A stretch of DNA of 64,000 bases from contig VMGE01000005.1 in NCBI GenBank assembly GCA_007376395.1, positions 2,821 through 66,820 on the forward strand, written 5' to 3'. A program made the translations under genes and the position numbers. Positions 11,174 through 21,089 of the stretch are shown one piece after another (the stretch's first letter is position 1; the number at the start of each line of letters is the position of its first letter). The notes beneath the pieces were generated by a model. The model was not told the DNA's origin, ran no database searches, and was given only the letters and a program-made list of their open reading frames with translations. Origin of the DNA: Microgenomates group bacterium Gr01-1014_5. Lineage in GTDB: Bacteria; Patescibacteriota; Microgenomatia; UBA8517; UBA10165.

Positions 11174-12409
11174 CTATTTCTTGAAGCTTTTCGACCATAT
11201 TATAAAGAGAAAGATGTGGGTAACGGCTAATACTTGAGTAAACCAGGGAACTAAAAGCTGTGCTTCTAAAGGAGCAAATCCGGGCACCCAAAACAAGTTG
11301 TATAAATTAATAAGATGTATAACCGCAAATCCCATATAAACCCACAACAGGCTTGGTAAAAATCCAAGCAAAAATGTTGCAGGAACAAAGAACGGATAGA
11401 GATATCTCTCATGAATTCTAGTCATAAAGAGAAATGAGATTAGGGCTGTGACTGATAGAGCAAAAAAAACTTTCTTTGGCGTAACCTCTTTAGTTAGCCA
11501 TAGTATAACTAGAGACATTCCAAAACCCGTAGTAACAGCTCCCAAAACTCTAGCAGGAAAGCCAAAGTAAAGAGTTGAATCTAATACTCTCCCGGAGTCA
11601 ATTAGCCACCAAAAATTAAAAGCATTGGCCGTCAAATACCCTATTTCTCCTGGCAATATCCGCTTTTGATATAAATCCGTCAGCCAAACAAGTAAATCTG
11701 CCTGTGGATGAAACCAGACTGAGGCCAAAACAATAAACAGAAGCGAGGTTGCTAGCGATTTGATCCATTGACGAACAGAGTATTTTTGCTTTATAACTAC
11801 ACAGGCTAGTATCGGGACAAAGATTGCTAATGAACCCTTGAAAAGAAGTGATAAAATAAACCAGACCAGAAATTTGGTCAATCTTCGCTCCAACAATGCC
11901 AATATTCCCAACAACCCCAACAAATTCACAATACTGTCAGTCTGCCCCCAAATACTCGAGTTGTACCAAACAAGAGGATTAAAAAGCCACAGGGAAGAAA
12001 AAAGAAACGCTTTCCTGTCTTTCTTAAAGAAGTTAAAAATCAAAACTCCGATTGCCAAGTCGGCAACGAGCGATGGTAGTTTCACCAACAGTATCATGCC
12101 TTTTTGTTCCCAAAACCAAATCAAAGGAGAAGGGAAGATAGGTATGTTGTTGTTCAACCACCAAATAGAGGTTTCTATTCCTTGCCATACAAGACGGGTA
12201 AACGCAAAAAGAAGTAAAGTTAAAGGAGGTTGATTAGGTGCAGAGTTTGGCCACCTTTCCCCTTCGTAAAAATTTACCAAGCCTCGATCGACCGCTAAAG
12301 TCCCCCACGAGATATTGTTATTTAAATCACCGTGATAGCCTAAAAACAGTACCCCTAAGCGCAGAATTAAAGCAACAAGTACTACCCAGAAGAAGGAGTA
12401 TTTTGCCAT
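11174..12409 (-). CDS. GT-C mannosyltransferase-like membrane protein (PIG-B/Alg9/GT87-like)
   Basis: 411 aa polytopic; C-terminal TRIHERYLYP resembles the H-x-E-x-R-F/Y motif of GT22/GT87 mannosyltransferases. Confidence 0.45.
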   Translation of the reverse strand: MAKYSFFWVVLVALILRLGVLFLGYHGDLNNNISWGTLAVDRGLVNFYEGERWPNSAPNQPPLTLLLFAFTRLVWQGIETSIWWLNNNIPIFPSPLIWFWEQKGMILLVKLPSLVADLAIGVLIFNFFKKDRKAFLFSSLWLFNPLVWYNSSIWGQTDSIVNLLGLLGILALLERRLTKFLVWFILSLLFKGSLAIFVPILACVVIKQKYSVRQWIKSLATSLLFIVLASVWFHPQADLLVWLTDLYQKRILPGEIGYLTANAFNFWWLIDSGRVLDSTLYFGFPARVLGAVTTGFGMSLVILWLTKEVTPKKVFFALSVTALISFLFMTRIHERYLYPFFVPATFLLGFLPSLLWVYMGFAVIHLINLYNLFWVPGFAPLEAQLLVPWFTQVLAVTHIFLFIIWSKSFKK

Positions 12410-14121
12410 TAGTTTTTAGTAAAAAGATAATAAGCGGGTTCTCCTGAGGGAAAGGCCACTGCCTTAAGAAGTTTTAAGTCCCCGGGCTTTCTATCTGGTT
12501 CTGTGATTAAATTTATACCTACTTCTTTGGCTGTGGCAACATAGAGAGTCTTGTCGGGCAAACTTCTTGCTAATTCGTAAACACTCGGAGCGTTGGGTGT
12601 GCCAAAATAATATTTGCCTACTTTAGTAATCTCCCCAAAATTGGCTATGTTCTCTTTTTCACTAAACAAGCCGTCTTGTACCTCCTGCGGCGGGTACTGA
12701 CTCCAACCTAAAAAGAAAATAAATGTTGGCTCTCCTGCCATACTAAAAATAACCTTGTCGTAATCACCTGCTTGAGATACTGCGGTTTTAATAGCACTTT
12801 CAAAACCCGCATGCCACCACCGTTCAGAATCCCAAGGGTAATGCACCCAATATTGATGCTGATACCAAAGAAAACTGACAAGATAAAGTCCGATAATGCC
12901 GAGGCTTAACAACTTCCGTTGGTTTTTCAAAACATCAACTAAACCATAGATTCCGTAAGCAGTTAAAAAGACTAATACTGGCAGAAGGAAAAAAAGCCTT
13001 GTTGCGTGCGATCCGCCATCCCGAGTCATAGCCGCCGGAATAGGTGCCAAGACCAACCATAAAAGTAAAAAAATCTTTATTTTGCGATCCAATGGGCGTA
13101 TTAACAAAAAAACTAAACCTAGCAAGATAAATAGTCCTTCAAATTTATAAAACTCTCCGGCTCCTTGTACTGCATGCCTTGCGTTTAAATCTCCGTTTAT
13201 AAATAAAAATTGCGAAGAAAAAGTCTGGAGATAATTTTTTAACATTACCCCTCCCCACCACTGAAATTTATTGTGCACCACGCGACTTTCAAGATCTGGT
13301 TGGGCTCCGAACTTTATCTCAGGATCGTCCATCTTTGAGTCGCGCAAACGCGAAAATCCTATTTCAGGAATTGTTGTTGGGTCAGTAAAAACTGAGATAT
13401 AACCAAAGCGAGCCGTACCGCCTCCAAAGAGAGTACTCCAGGTTATTGGTGCTACGACTAAAATAAAAACGGCCAGCGTCCAAAGCAAGTATTTTTTACC
13501 CACTTTAAACAATTCTTTGTGCCAAACAATAAGAAGTCCTAATACTGTTAAGGGGAGGAAAAACTTCGCAGTTGAGTAAACCCAAGGTGTTAACCCTAAA
13601 AAAAGTGCAGAATAAGGAAGTAATCTTCCTTCTTTCAAGCCTTTTAGGAAAAAAAGTAAACCCGCAAGATAAAAAGTTAACATTTGAGTTACCTCAAATC
13701 CGGCTCGTGAGTATTGTAAATGCCAAGGAGAAATCGCAAGCAACAATCCCGCTAAAGTTGCCAATTTCCAGTTGCCGGTAATTAGTTTGATTAATAAGTA
13801 AAAAAGAAAAACCCCTAAAATGCCAAAAATAGCCGCCGGGAGTCTGACCCCTAAAGGTGAAATACCAAACATAGCAACTGTTGGCACAGCTGAATAGAGA
13901 TATAATGGGGTTCTCCATTCAGCTAGAGACTGAAAATGTAAGGGCCAGGAGTTTCCTGAATAATCTTTACCAGTTTTTAATATCGAATATGCGTGATAAC
14001 CCACGTCTAACTCGTCCCCGAATAAACTAACAGGTACCTGGTCAATTTTCCACAACCGAAGAACTGTAGCGATAACAAGTATTCCAATAAGTAAATAGGT
14101 CTTCAAATTTTTTGTTTCCAT
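12409..14121 (-). CDS. GT39/PMT-family GT-C membrane glycosyltransferase, paralog A5
   Basis: FGDELDVGYHAYSILKTGKDYSG; contains heptad array 13756..13790. Confidence 0.7.
   Translation of the reverse strand: METKNLKTYLLIGILVIATVLRLWKIDQVPVSLFGDELDVGYHAYSILKTGKDYSGNSWPLHFQSLAEWRTPLYLYSAVPTVAMFGISPLGVRLPAAIFGILGVFLFYLLIKLITGNWKLATLAGLLLAISPWHLQYSRAGFEVTQMLTFYLAGLLFFLKGLKEGRLLPYSALFLGLTPWVYSTAKFFLPLTVLGLLIVWHKELFKVGKKYLLWTLAVFILVVAPITWSTLFGGGTARFGYISVFTDPTTIPEIGFSRLRDSKMDDPEIKFGAQPDLESRVVHNKFQWWGGVMLKNYLQTFSSQFLFINGDLNARHAVQGAGEFYKFEGLFILLGLVFLLIRPLDRKIKIFLLLWLVLAPIPAAMTRDGGSHATRLFFLLPVLVFLTAYGIYGLVDVLKNQRKLLSLGIIGLYLVSFLWYQHQYWVHYPWDSERWWHAGFESAIKTAVSQAGDYDKVIFSMAGEPTFIFFLGWSQYPPQEVQDGLFSEKENIANFGEITKVGKYYFGTPNAPSVYELARSLPDKTLYVATAKEVGINLITEPDRKPGDLKLLKAVAFPSGEPAYYLFTKN
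13756..13790. repeat. related heptad array (agttgcc aatttcc agttgcc ggtaatt agtttga) inside GT39 CDS
   Basis: encodes ITGNWKLAT; shares tttccagttgcc with 3159..3193. Confidence 0.65.
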
Positions 14122-15524
14122 TCCCGTTTCTCTACTCCTAACGACCCAAACTGCTTTATATCAATTATATTAGAACCAGTGTTCAACACGCCATACCAAT
14201 TATCTTTATAGATAGGTATTGTTTCGTCAGGCTCCCAAACAGAATAGAATGTCTGGGTTATTGCTTTACTCGGCATATATCCGTAGTTATTTTTACCATA
14301 CCATAAGAATAAATACTCCCAAGCCTCACTTTTCCACCAAGGCACACTAAAATATTCATAACTAAATGGTTCTCCTGCAGCAGAAGTATAAATATAGTCT
14401 AGAACTTTCTTTTGATCTCCCAGGTATGTCCTTTGCGAACGTTGTAAAAAATTGCCCTTGCTTTCGGGTAAAACACTTAAAGTGTGCCACAAATTAGCAA
14501 ACACTACCAATGCCGCTAAAAACGTCCCAAGGTAAAAGTATTTACCCTTCTTAGCCAAGAATAAACTACCGAGGGTTAAAACCCTCGGTATTCTCTTTTC
14601 AGAGAAAAGTTTGTTTCCGCTGGCTTCATCCGTGGAATAAATTCCACGGTATTCGCCTGTTTGTCTATTTTTATATGTGCTCGAAACCCAAAACAGAATA
14701 GCGCTCAAAACAACAAGAGAAAGATTTCTATTAAACGGCATAAGATTGTCAGCCGCCTCTGTAAAAAAGACTTCGTAGGCCGCCAGATAATTCTTCTCTT
14801 TGGTCAAATTTCCTGTGTAAGCCAGTAGTTTATTTGACAATATGTGGTCATTTTTAAAATCGAATACGATATAAGGAGAAAATATAACCAACAGGGTAGC
14901 TGCAGTCACCAGAACCTGCTTTAAGCTGGGTATAATTTTATACAGAAAAACAAAGAACAGTATTGGAAGAACTAAAGTTGAAGCAGTTGCCAGTGACAAG
15001 TGAAAAATTAATCCCCAACAGACGGCGGCGAGACTAAGAAACCATTTTTCTGACCTGGCCCTCACTAGTGCATAAAAGAGGATTATTGCCAAAAATGGAA
15101 TTAAATTAGGGTTTGACAACCACCTAGCGTAAATTATTGCCGAATAAGAAACTGCATAAAAAAAAGATGAAAGCAATGCAGTTTGTTCCCCAAAAAGATC
15201 CTTAGCTGCTCGATAGAGAAAATAAACACCAATAACGTTCAAAAAAATTAAGAAGTAAGTAATCGCTAACGGGTTTCCGCCTGTAAGCGCATGGATTGGG
15301 ACGAGGAAATAATAATAAAACACTCCATGAAAAATCCCATCGACGTCTGTGTTTGCTCCAATTAGGCGAAGATCCTCAAAATTTATAATTTTGGCAACCG
15401 CCAACATATCACGGCCTTGCTCGAAACCAAAAAAGAGATTTTGAGGAAGCCATAAAACTCTCAAAAATAGTGCTATGGCAAGAACTGTGAGTATTGGTTT
15501 CACTTCAGTTTTTGACTTATCCAA
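14103..15524 (-). CDS. ArnT-like GT-C membrane glycosyltransferase, paralog B1 (carries in-frame 86-bp repeat insert)
   Basis: GFEQGRDMLAVAKI motif (D-E/Q-x-R-x-x-x-x-x-R-like, as in ArnT DETRYAEISREM); hydrophilic insert EYRGIYSTDEASGNKLFSEKRIPRVL encoded by repeat 14583..14668. Confidence 0.6.
   Translation of the reverse strand: MDKSKTEVKPILTVLAIALFLRVLWLPQNLFFGFEQGRDMLAVAKIINFEDLRLIGANTDVDGIFHGVFYYYFLVPIHALTGGNPLAITYFLIFLNVIGVYFLYRAAKDLFGEQTALLSSFFYAVSYSAIIYARWLSNPNLIPFLAIILFYALVRARSEKWFLSLAAVCWGLIFHLSLATASTLVLPILFFVFLYKIIPSLKQVLVTAATLLVIFSPYIVFDFKNDHILSNKLLAYTGNLTKEKNYLAAYEVFFTEAADNLMPFNRNLSLVVLSAILFWVSSTYKNRQTGEYRGIYSTDEASGNKLFSEKRIPRVLTLGSLFLAKKGKYFYLGTFLAALVVFANLWHTLSVLPESKGNFLQRSQRTYLGDQKKVLDYIYTSAAGEPFSYEYFSVPWWKSEAWEYLFLWYGKNNYGYMPSKAITQTFYSVWEPDETIPIYKDNWYGVLNTGSNIIDIKQFGSLGVEKREWKQKI
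14583..14668 (-). repeat. 86-bp repeat element, copy 2 (in-frame inside CDS 14103..15524, sense to gene)
   Basis: 100% identical over 86 bp to copy 1 in inverse orientation; terminal hairpins ccgtggaat/attccacgg and taccgagggtt/aaccctcggta. Confidence 0.85.
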
Positions 15525-16345
15525 ATTACAAAGTTAATCAGCCAATGGCCAAACAATCCATGATAAATTTTGCTTCCCGGAATAAGCCGTCTCCATTGCT
15601 CTCCTGCCACACTCTTGCCAGACACACCTTGATGATGGACAACCAGAGCGGTGGGTAAATAGTAAACTTCAAGATCTGTCTTTTTTACCCTTCTGCAATA
15701 ATCTAAATCTTCGAAATACATAAAATAGCGTTCATCTAAAAGTCCGACTTTTTGAAGAGTTTGAGGTGTAATTAAAAACGCGGCCATTATCGCCGACTCT
15801 ATCACTGTGGGTAAAACTACGCGAGGCACATATCTTGAATAGATTTTCTTATTAAACCAAAATTCTGAGATTGCGCGATATAACGTCGGGAGAGGCATTA
15901 CAGAATCTTGAACAGTGCCATCGCTATTCAAAAGTTTAGGCACAACAACACCAGCATTTTTATGAATTTTGGCAAATTGCAACAATTTTGATACCGTCCC
16001 CCCTTTAATTTCTGTATCTGGGTTTAAAAGTAAAATATAATTTCCTTGAGAAATTTTAATTGCTTGGTTATTTGCCCTTGAAAAACCAGGATTATCGGCG
16101 TTTTTGATAAGTTTGAAAGAACCTTTAAAATTCGCGCTTTGGTCATTTGAAGCGTTGTCGACAATAATAATTTCACAAACAGGGTTTCTTAAATTGTTGG
16201 TAGATTTAACAATCGAATCGACACACTTTTTAAGAAAGTTGCCAGTGTTGTAATTAACGATAATTACCGAAACTTCAACTTTTAAATTTTGCGAGGATTT
16301 CTTCATCTGAAACTTTACCGCCTGTGTATTTCGACCTTGAAACAA
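15500..16345 (-). CDS. GT2 glycosyltransferase
   Basis: VSVIIVNYNTGNFL...IIIVDNASNDQS. Confidence 0.75.
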   Translation of the reverse strand: MFQGRNTQAVKFQMKKSSQNLKVEVSVIIVNYNTGNFLKKCVDSIVKSTNNLRNPVCEIIIVDNASNDQSANFKGSFKLIKNADNPGFSRANNQAIKISQGNYILLLNPDTEIKGGTVSKLLQFAKIHKNAGVVVPKLLNSDGTVQDSVMPLPTLYRAISEFWFNKKIYSRYVPRVVLPTVIESAIMAAFLITPQTLQKVGLLDERYFMYFEDLDYCRRVKKTDLEVYYLPTALVVHHQGVSGKSVAGEQWRRLIPGSKIYHGLFGHWLINFVIWISQKLK

Positions 16346-17165
16346 ATACTTGCGGCAATTTAAGTATAGCCCAAAGAAATGGAATCCAATAACCGGGATG
16401 AATTAATCTTAAAGGCATATAAATCAAATGTTGAGCCCACATACTCGTGCTTGTAATATTGCACCAGAAAAATAATACCTGATTACGCTGGGCAACCATG
16501 TCTTTTTTATTTCCCAAAGAATGCTTACCGACTGTAATCTCGTGTTTGTGTTCAACTTGAGCCTTTGGTTCCCACAAAACTTTCCACCCTCTTTTTTGGG
16601 CTCTGTACGACAGGTCTACATCTTCCCAGTAAAAAGGTTCATAAATTAGATTAAATCCGCCCAACTCTAACCATTTTTCTCGGGAAAACGCCGCACTTCC
16701 TCCTGAAGCCCAAAAAGAATCGCGTGTTAGTTCTACTTTTTTCCCAGGAACATGTTCGACTAAACCTAGACTCATAAACCCCTTTGCCCAACTCCACTGC
16801 CCCTCGTTAAAAGAAACCGCAAATACATCCGGATTCTCGAAATGTGGCAAAACGTGGATTAATACACCTTTGTCTGGAACCACATCTGTGTTAAGGAGAA
16901 TTACCACATCACCACTTGCAACCTTGAAACCTTGGTTTACACCCCTCGCAAAACCCAAATTTCTCTCATTTTCTATGACTTTTAATTCTTGTTTCTTGTT
17001 ACTTGTTACTTGTTTCTTGAGATATTCTAGGCTTCCATCGGTAGAACCATTTTCTACAACAATTACCTCGTCTGCGCCAATTGCCAGAACCCTAGGTAAA
17101 TTCTTTTCAAGTAGCACTCTTCCTTGCCAATTAGGTATCACGACCGATATGGATAATTGTTTCAT
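16275..17165 (-). CDS. GT2 glycosyltransferase
   Basis: ISVVIPNWQGRVLL...VIVVENGSTDGS; contains heptad array 16987..17018. Confidence 0.75.
   Translation of the reverse strand: MKQLSISVVIPNWQGRVLLEKNLPRVLAIGADEVIVVENGSTDGSLEYLKKQVTSNKKQELKVIENERNLGFARGVNQGFKVASGDVVILLNTDVVPDKGVLIHVLPHFENPDVFAVSFNEGQWSWAKGFMSLGLVEHVPGKKVELTRDSFWASGGSAAFSREKWLELGGFNLIYEPFYWEDVDLSYRAQKRGWKVLWEPKAQVEHKHEITVGKHSLGNKKDMVAQRNQVLFFWCNITSTSMWAQHLIYMPLRLIHPGYWIPFLWAILKLPQVFVSRSKYTGGKVSDEEILAKFKS
16987..17018. repeat. heptad array CTTGTT(T/A) x4.5 inside GT2 CDS; 24 nt identical to 61041..61064
   Basis: cttgttt cttgtta cttgtta cttgttt cttg; encodes VTSNKKQELK. Confidence 0.8.
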
Positions 17166-18679
17166 TTAACAATCCTTTCTCGTTTCTGAACTACGATTTC
17201 TCCAAAATTCACTTCCTCGACAAATTTAGACTTACCCTCTTCCTCGGCAATAGTGTCTGGTAGATAACGTGCCGGAATACCGGCCATCGGCTCGATAATT
17301 AGAAAATATAATTTTGTGTCAGAGGAAGTTTTGGCCAGAGCGGCAAGCTGTCCTACTTGGTCCTGTCCGTGAAATTCTGGCACATACCCGTATTTTGATA
17401 ACCCGTACCAATTGTAAAGATAAGTCCAAACAATATTTATCCAAAGCGGGGAAGTCAAGGTGTTAATACTAAACTTATCACCGTTGGCTTGTATATATGT
17501 GTAATCAATCGCCTGCATTTGTTTAGACAACAACATATCCTTTTGAATTGAGAAAACAGTTTGTCCGTGAGAATTTTCTTTGAGTATCATGCTTAAATTA
17601 CTTAAAACAATAATACCCAAAACAATACCTGCAAGAATTCTTTTCCCAGAAGACCACCAATTATAAATATTAATTCCGAGTAAAATAGAAACAGCCGTTC
17701 CAATTCCGACTAAGAGAAATGGCGTACTTGTACCTCCAACCGTAACAACCGTCAAATGACTCAAAAGCCATGTTGCAAGAAAAGGTTTCCAAGAAATCTC
17801 TTTTTTATCCCAAGAGATAAGTGAAATGACAACGAGAGCCAGAACAAACACTCCCCCGTAACCTATATTTCCCGGATATGTTGAATAGGCAAAAACTTTC
17901 CCAAGCTGATTTAAAAAGAGTACGGCAAAATCTCCCAAGCCCTTTGATGCTACAAGTGAGTCTTGAGAGGATAACAACTGCAAAATACCTCCTATGCTCT
18001 TAAACCCAAACTTAAGTTCAGCGACGATCATCGTCGAAACAGCCAAAAAAGTAAAAGTTAAAAATTTAAAAGTTTCAGTCTTGGTAATTTTTTTACGTGT
18101 TGCAAACAACCATACCAAAACTGGAACCGCATGGTACAAAAGAAACACTTCTGCTTGAATGCTAAAACCCAATCCTAATCCGGTCAAAATCGGCGCCCAA
18201 GATTTTTTCTCTTTTATCCATGACCATAGTCCAAAATACACAAGAGCTACAGTCCAAACTCCAATTGTGGGATTTGACAACCAGTTTGCATATTGTGTTG
18301 CTTCAAACGAGACCGCGAATAAAAATGCCGCAAGCAATCCTGCTCCGGCCTTCTTGGTCATTGAATAGGTTAAACAAAAAATAACAAAAACTGTTACCGC
18401 GTTAAGTAGAGAAACCCAATACGCAGCATTAATTGGGTTTTTTCCGAATAAATATGCTGGAACAAGAACATAGTTATAGAGCGCTCCGTGATACAAACCC
18501 GGGGTAGACGCGGGAGGACCAAGAACTTTTAAATCTCCTTCAATTATTTGTCTCGTCACTAAAGCATCTCTTGCTTGGTCATAACCAAACGTAAGGGCGT
18601 ATTGAGGTAAAAATAGAATACGCAACAAATAAGCGAGTAAAAAAATAAATACCAAACCCGGCAAAAACTTTTTTGACAT
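17162..18679 (-). CDS. ArnT-like GT-C membrane glycosyltransferase, paralog B2
   Basis: FGYDQARDALVTRQII motif; polytopic 505 aa. Confidence 0.6.
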   Translation of the reverse strand: MSKKFLPGLVFIFLLAYLLRILFLPQYALTFGYDQARDALVTRQIIEGDLKVLGPPASTPGLYHGALYNYVLVPAYLFGKNPINAAYWVSLLNAVTVFVIFCLTYSMTKKAGAGLLAAFLFAVSFEATQYANWLSNPTIGVWTVALVYFGLWSWIKEKKSWAPILTGLGLGFSIQAEVFLLYHAVPVLVWLFATRKKITKTETFKFLTFTFLAVSTMIVAELKFGFKSIGGILQLLSSQDSLVASKGLGDFAVLFLNQLGKVFAYSTYPGNIGYGGVFVLALVVISLISWDKKEISWKPFLATWLLSHLTVVTVGGTSTPFLLVGIGTAVSILLGINIYNWWSSGKRILAGIVLGIIVLSNLSMILKENSHGQTVFSIQKDMLLSKQMQAIDYTYIQANGDKFSINTLTSPLWINIVWTYLYNWYGLSKYGYVPEFHGQDQVGQLAALAKTSSDTKLYFLIIEPMAGIPARYLPDTIAEEEGKSKFVEEVNFGEIVVQKRERIVK

Positions 18680-18686
18680 CTCTTTA

Positions 18687-21089
18687 TTATAACTTTAGCT
18701 TACCTTTTTTGAAATACAACGCCAGAATCGCTAATATAAAAATCGAGGCCAGTGTAACTTTAATACCCAAAAAAAACGATTTTGGCTCATAAACGAATCT
18801 TATCTCCCATTCCCCTTTGGGTACTTCGACAGCTCTAAACATATGGTCAGCAAGATAAATCTTTATTCCTTCGTTTCCTCTAAATGCTTTCCATCCGGGA
18901 AACATCGTATCAGAAACGAATAACAGACCATCTGTTCTCGTGGTAACTTTTAAAATAGTTTCTAGAGAAGTATATTTTGTATATTCTATTTTCCAGTCAG
19001 ATTTTGGTTGTTTGGCAAATTTTACTTCTTCCTCAATTAGTAATTTTTCTTTGTAAGGAAACTTTGGATCTATTAATAACCCTAAATGTTCTTCTTTTGG
19101 CAAGGTTTGCCAATCATAGAACATTGCGGCTCTAGGTATTGCATTTTTGTTTTTGAGAACAGAAACAGATTTATCCGTAAAAACATGATCTAAATATTCA
19201 TTGCCTTTTTGTTCTTTTAATAAGAAGTTTAAGCTGTCTGTTTTTACCAAAAAATATTCTGTGTTTAAGAGGTCAGATAAGGGGGAGGACATGCGATCGA
19301 TAATTCCAAATCTGTCTTGGGGAGTAACACCAATGTTGTTGCTATTTAATACTGCAATATACTTCGCCGTATTAAGCGGGTAGACCGGCTCATAACCGCC
19401 AGAAAATTCGATTCTGTACGGCATCCCCATATTAACGGGCATAATTCCATCGAATCCATTAACTCTAGATGGACCTTGAAAATTTTCTAAATAATTGGTA
19501 ATTGGCGTTTCCGGGTAAACTAAATCTGACCTTGTGAAAGGCGTAAATTTCCAACCAAAATAAAAAAATTCAACAAACGTTGCAAGGATCATAACAAATA
19601 CACTAATTTTAGAAAGAGACTTAAAATACTTAACACACACCAGAGAAACAAAAGCGACAAGCAACGATAATGAAGGCAATATTAAATTCCGGAGAGAAAC
19701 TTTGTGTTTCCAAATCTCCTCACTTGCTCCTCCAAAATAACTTAAGGCCGCGTAAATTCCAAATCCCAACAAAACGGCGCCTGGAAGAATAACAGGTTTA
19801 ATTAAATTTACCTGTTTACCATTCTTTAACCAATAATCCAACCCATAACCAATAGCTAGGGACACGGCAAGCGCATAAATTATTAGCCCTCTATAGGAAA
19901 CCATCGCTTTAGACCCCAACAAGCCTGTTTCACTGACAAAAATTGCAAGTGGAGTCGGAAAAGCAAGCAGTAGCGATAAAACAACCAATAAAACCAAAAA
20001 CTTTATTTCACGAACTTTTTGCCAAAGATTAAGACTAATAGTCGCCAAAACAAAACCAGCAACACTCATAAATCCAAGGTTGGACATGTAATTTTTATAA
20101 CCCCAATAATTGGCAGTTGCGTGATTTCCGTAATAATCAGGAGCAAAAAAGGTAATGATTTCTTGCCAAACAAGATAAATCCATTTAGCAGGTATCGATT
20201 CCTCTCCTCTTTGGGAAGAAAGAATAAGTTCAACAGCTGGAAATAATTGTATTGCCGTTAGTAGAAATCCCAGGACTACAAACAATCCTAATAATATAAC
20301 TTTTACAAAATACTCCCGTGTTACCCTAAGGCGCCAGATACATAACAAAAATAAAGATAACAACATATAAAAAACTAGCTGTGGGTAACCGGAAAAATAA
20401 TCTAACGCCACGCTAAGTGATAAAAAGACAAGGGTAAGAATCTTTCCTTCCTTAAACCACTTGTCGGCGAGCAGAAGAATTAATGGAATAAATGCTCCTA
20501 CTAAAACATGGACATTCCAAGAAGACATTAAAATGTTATATCCTGAAAAAGCATAAGCAAGCCCTGCCACAACTGAGCCAAGTCTGCTTATCTTCCAATA
20601 TCTTGCCAAGAGGTAAGTAAAATATGCAGCAAGAATGTGTTGCGCGATCACTTGCAACGTCCAGCCGTTGATCATACTAGTAAAAAAATAAATAATGTTT
20701 GTTGGAGAAAACGGTGCAGATTGAAAATCCGCCAAGAGAGGGACTCCGGCCAATAAATAGGGATTCCAAAGCGGCCAAACACCAGTTTTAATATACGATA
20801 CAGCAAGTTCCCTCAAGGGAAAGATTAGTGAAATCGTATCAGAAGTAATAGGATTTTTAACCGGAACTCCAGTAGAATATCCCCACTTATAATCTAGCCA
20901 AGGTAAATATCCACCAACCATAACGTCGCCTGAAATCGGAACTTTACCGAGGAAAATTTGGTAAAAAAATAGACAGGTAACAAGAATAATAAGTAAATGG
21001 GGCCAAAAATTACTTAATATACCTAAAAAGGTTTTTCTCAAACTCTTCTTCGCTGAATTTTTTTGCTTTTTCTCTTGCTTTATTGGCAA
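18687..21089 (-). CDS. YfhO-family large membrane protein (GT-C-like, glycan transfer to surface polymers)
   Basis: 800 aa; N-terminal GDVMVGGYLPWLDYKW...WNPYLLAGVPLLADFQSAPFSPTNI resembles YfhO N-terminal signature. Confidence 0.55.
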   Translation of the reverse strand: MPIKQEKKQKNSAKKSLRKTFLGILSNFWPHLLIILVTCLFFYQIFLGKVPISGDVMVGGYLPWLDYKWGYSTGVPVKNPITSDTISLIFPLRELAVSYIKTGVWPLWNPYLLAGVPLLADFQSAPFSPTNIIYFFTSMINGWTLQVIAQHILAAYFTYLLARYWKISRLGSVVAGLAYAFSGYNILMSSWNVHVLVGAFIPLILLLADKWFKEGKILTLVFLSLSVALDYFSGYPQLVFYMLLSLFLLCIWRLRVTREYFVKVILLGLFVVLGFLLTAIQLFPAVELILSSQRGEESIPAKWIYLVWQEIITFFAPDYYGNHATANYWGYKNYMSNLGFMSVAGFVLATISLNLWQKVREIKFLVLLVVLSLLLAFPTPLAIFVSETGLLGSKAMVSYRGLIIYALAVSLAIGYGLDYWLKNGKQVNLIKPVILPGAVLLGFGIYAALSYFGGASEEIWKHKVSLRNLILPSLSLLVAFVSLVCVKYFKSLSKISVFVMILATFVEFFYFGWKFTPFTRSDLVYPETPITNYLENFQGPSRVNGFDGIMPVNMGMPYRIEFSGGYEPVYPLNTAKYIAVLNSNNIGVTPQDRFGIIDRMSSPLSDLLNTEYFLVKTDSLNFLLKEQKGNEYLDHVFTDKSVSVLKNKNAIPRAAMFYDWQTLPKEEHLGLLIDPKFPYKEKLLIEEEVKFAKQPKSDWKIEYTKYTSLETILKVTTRTDGLLFVSDTMFPGWKAFRGNEGIKIYLADHMFRAVEVPKGEWEIRFVYEPKSFFLGIKVTLASIFILAILALYFKKGKLKL

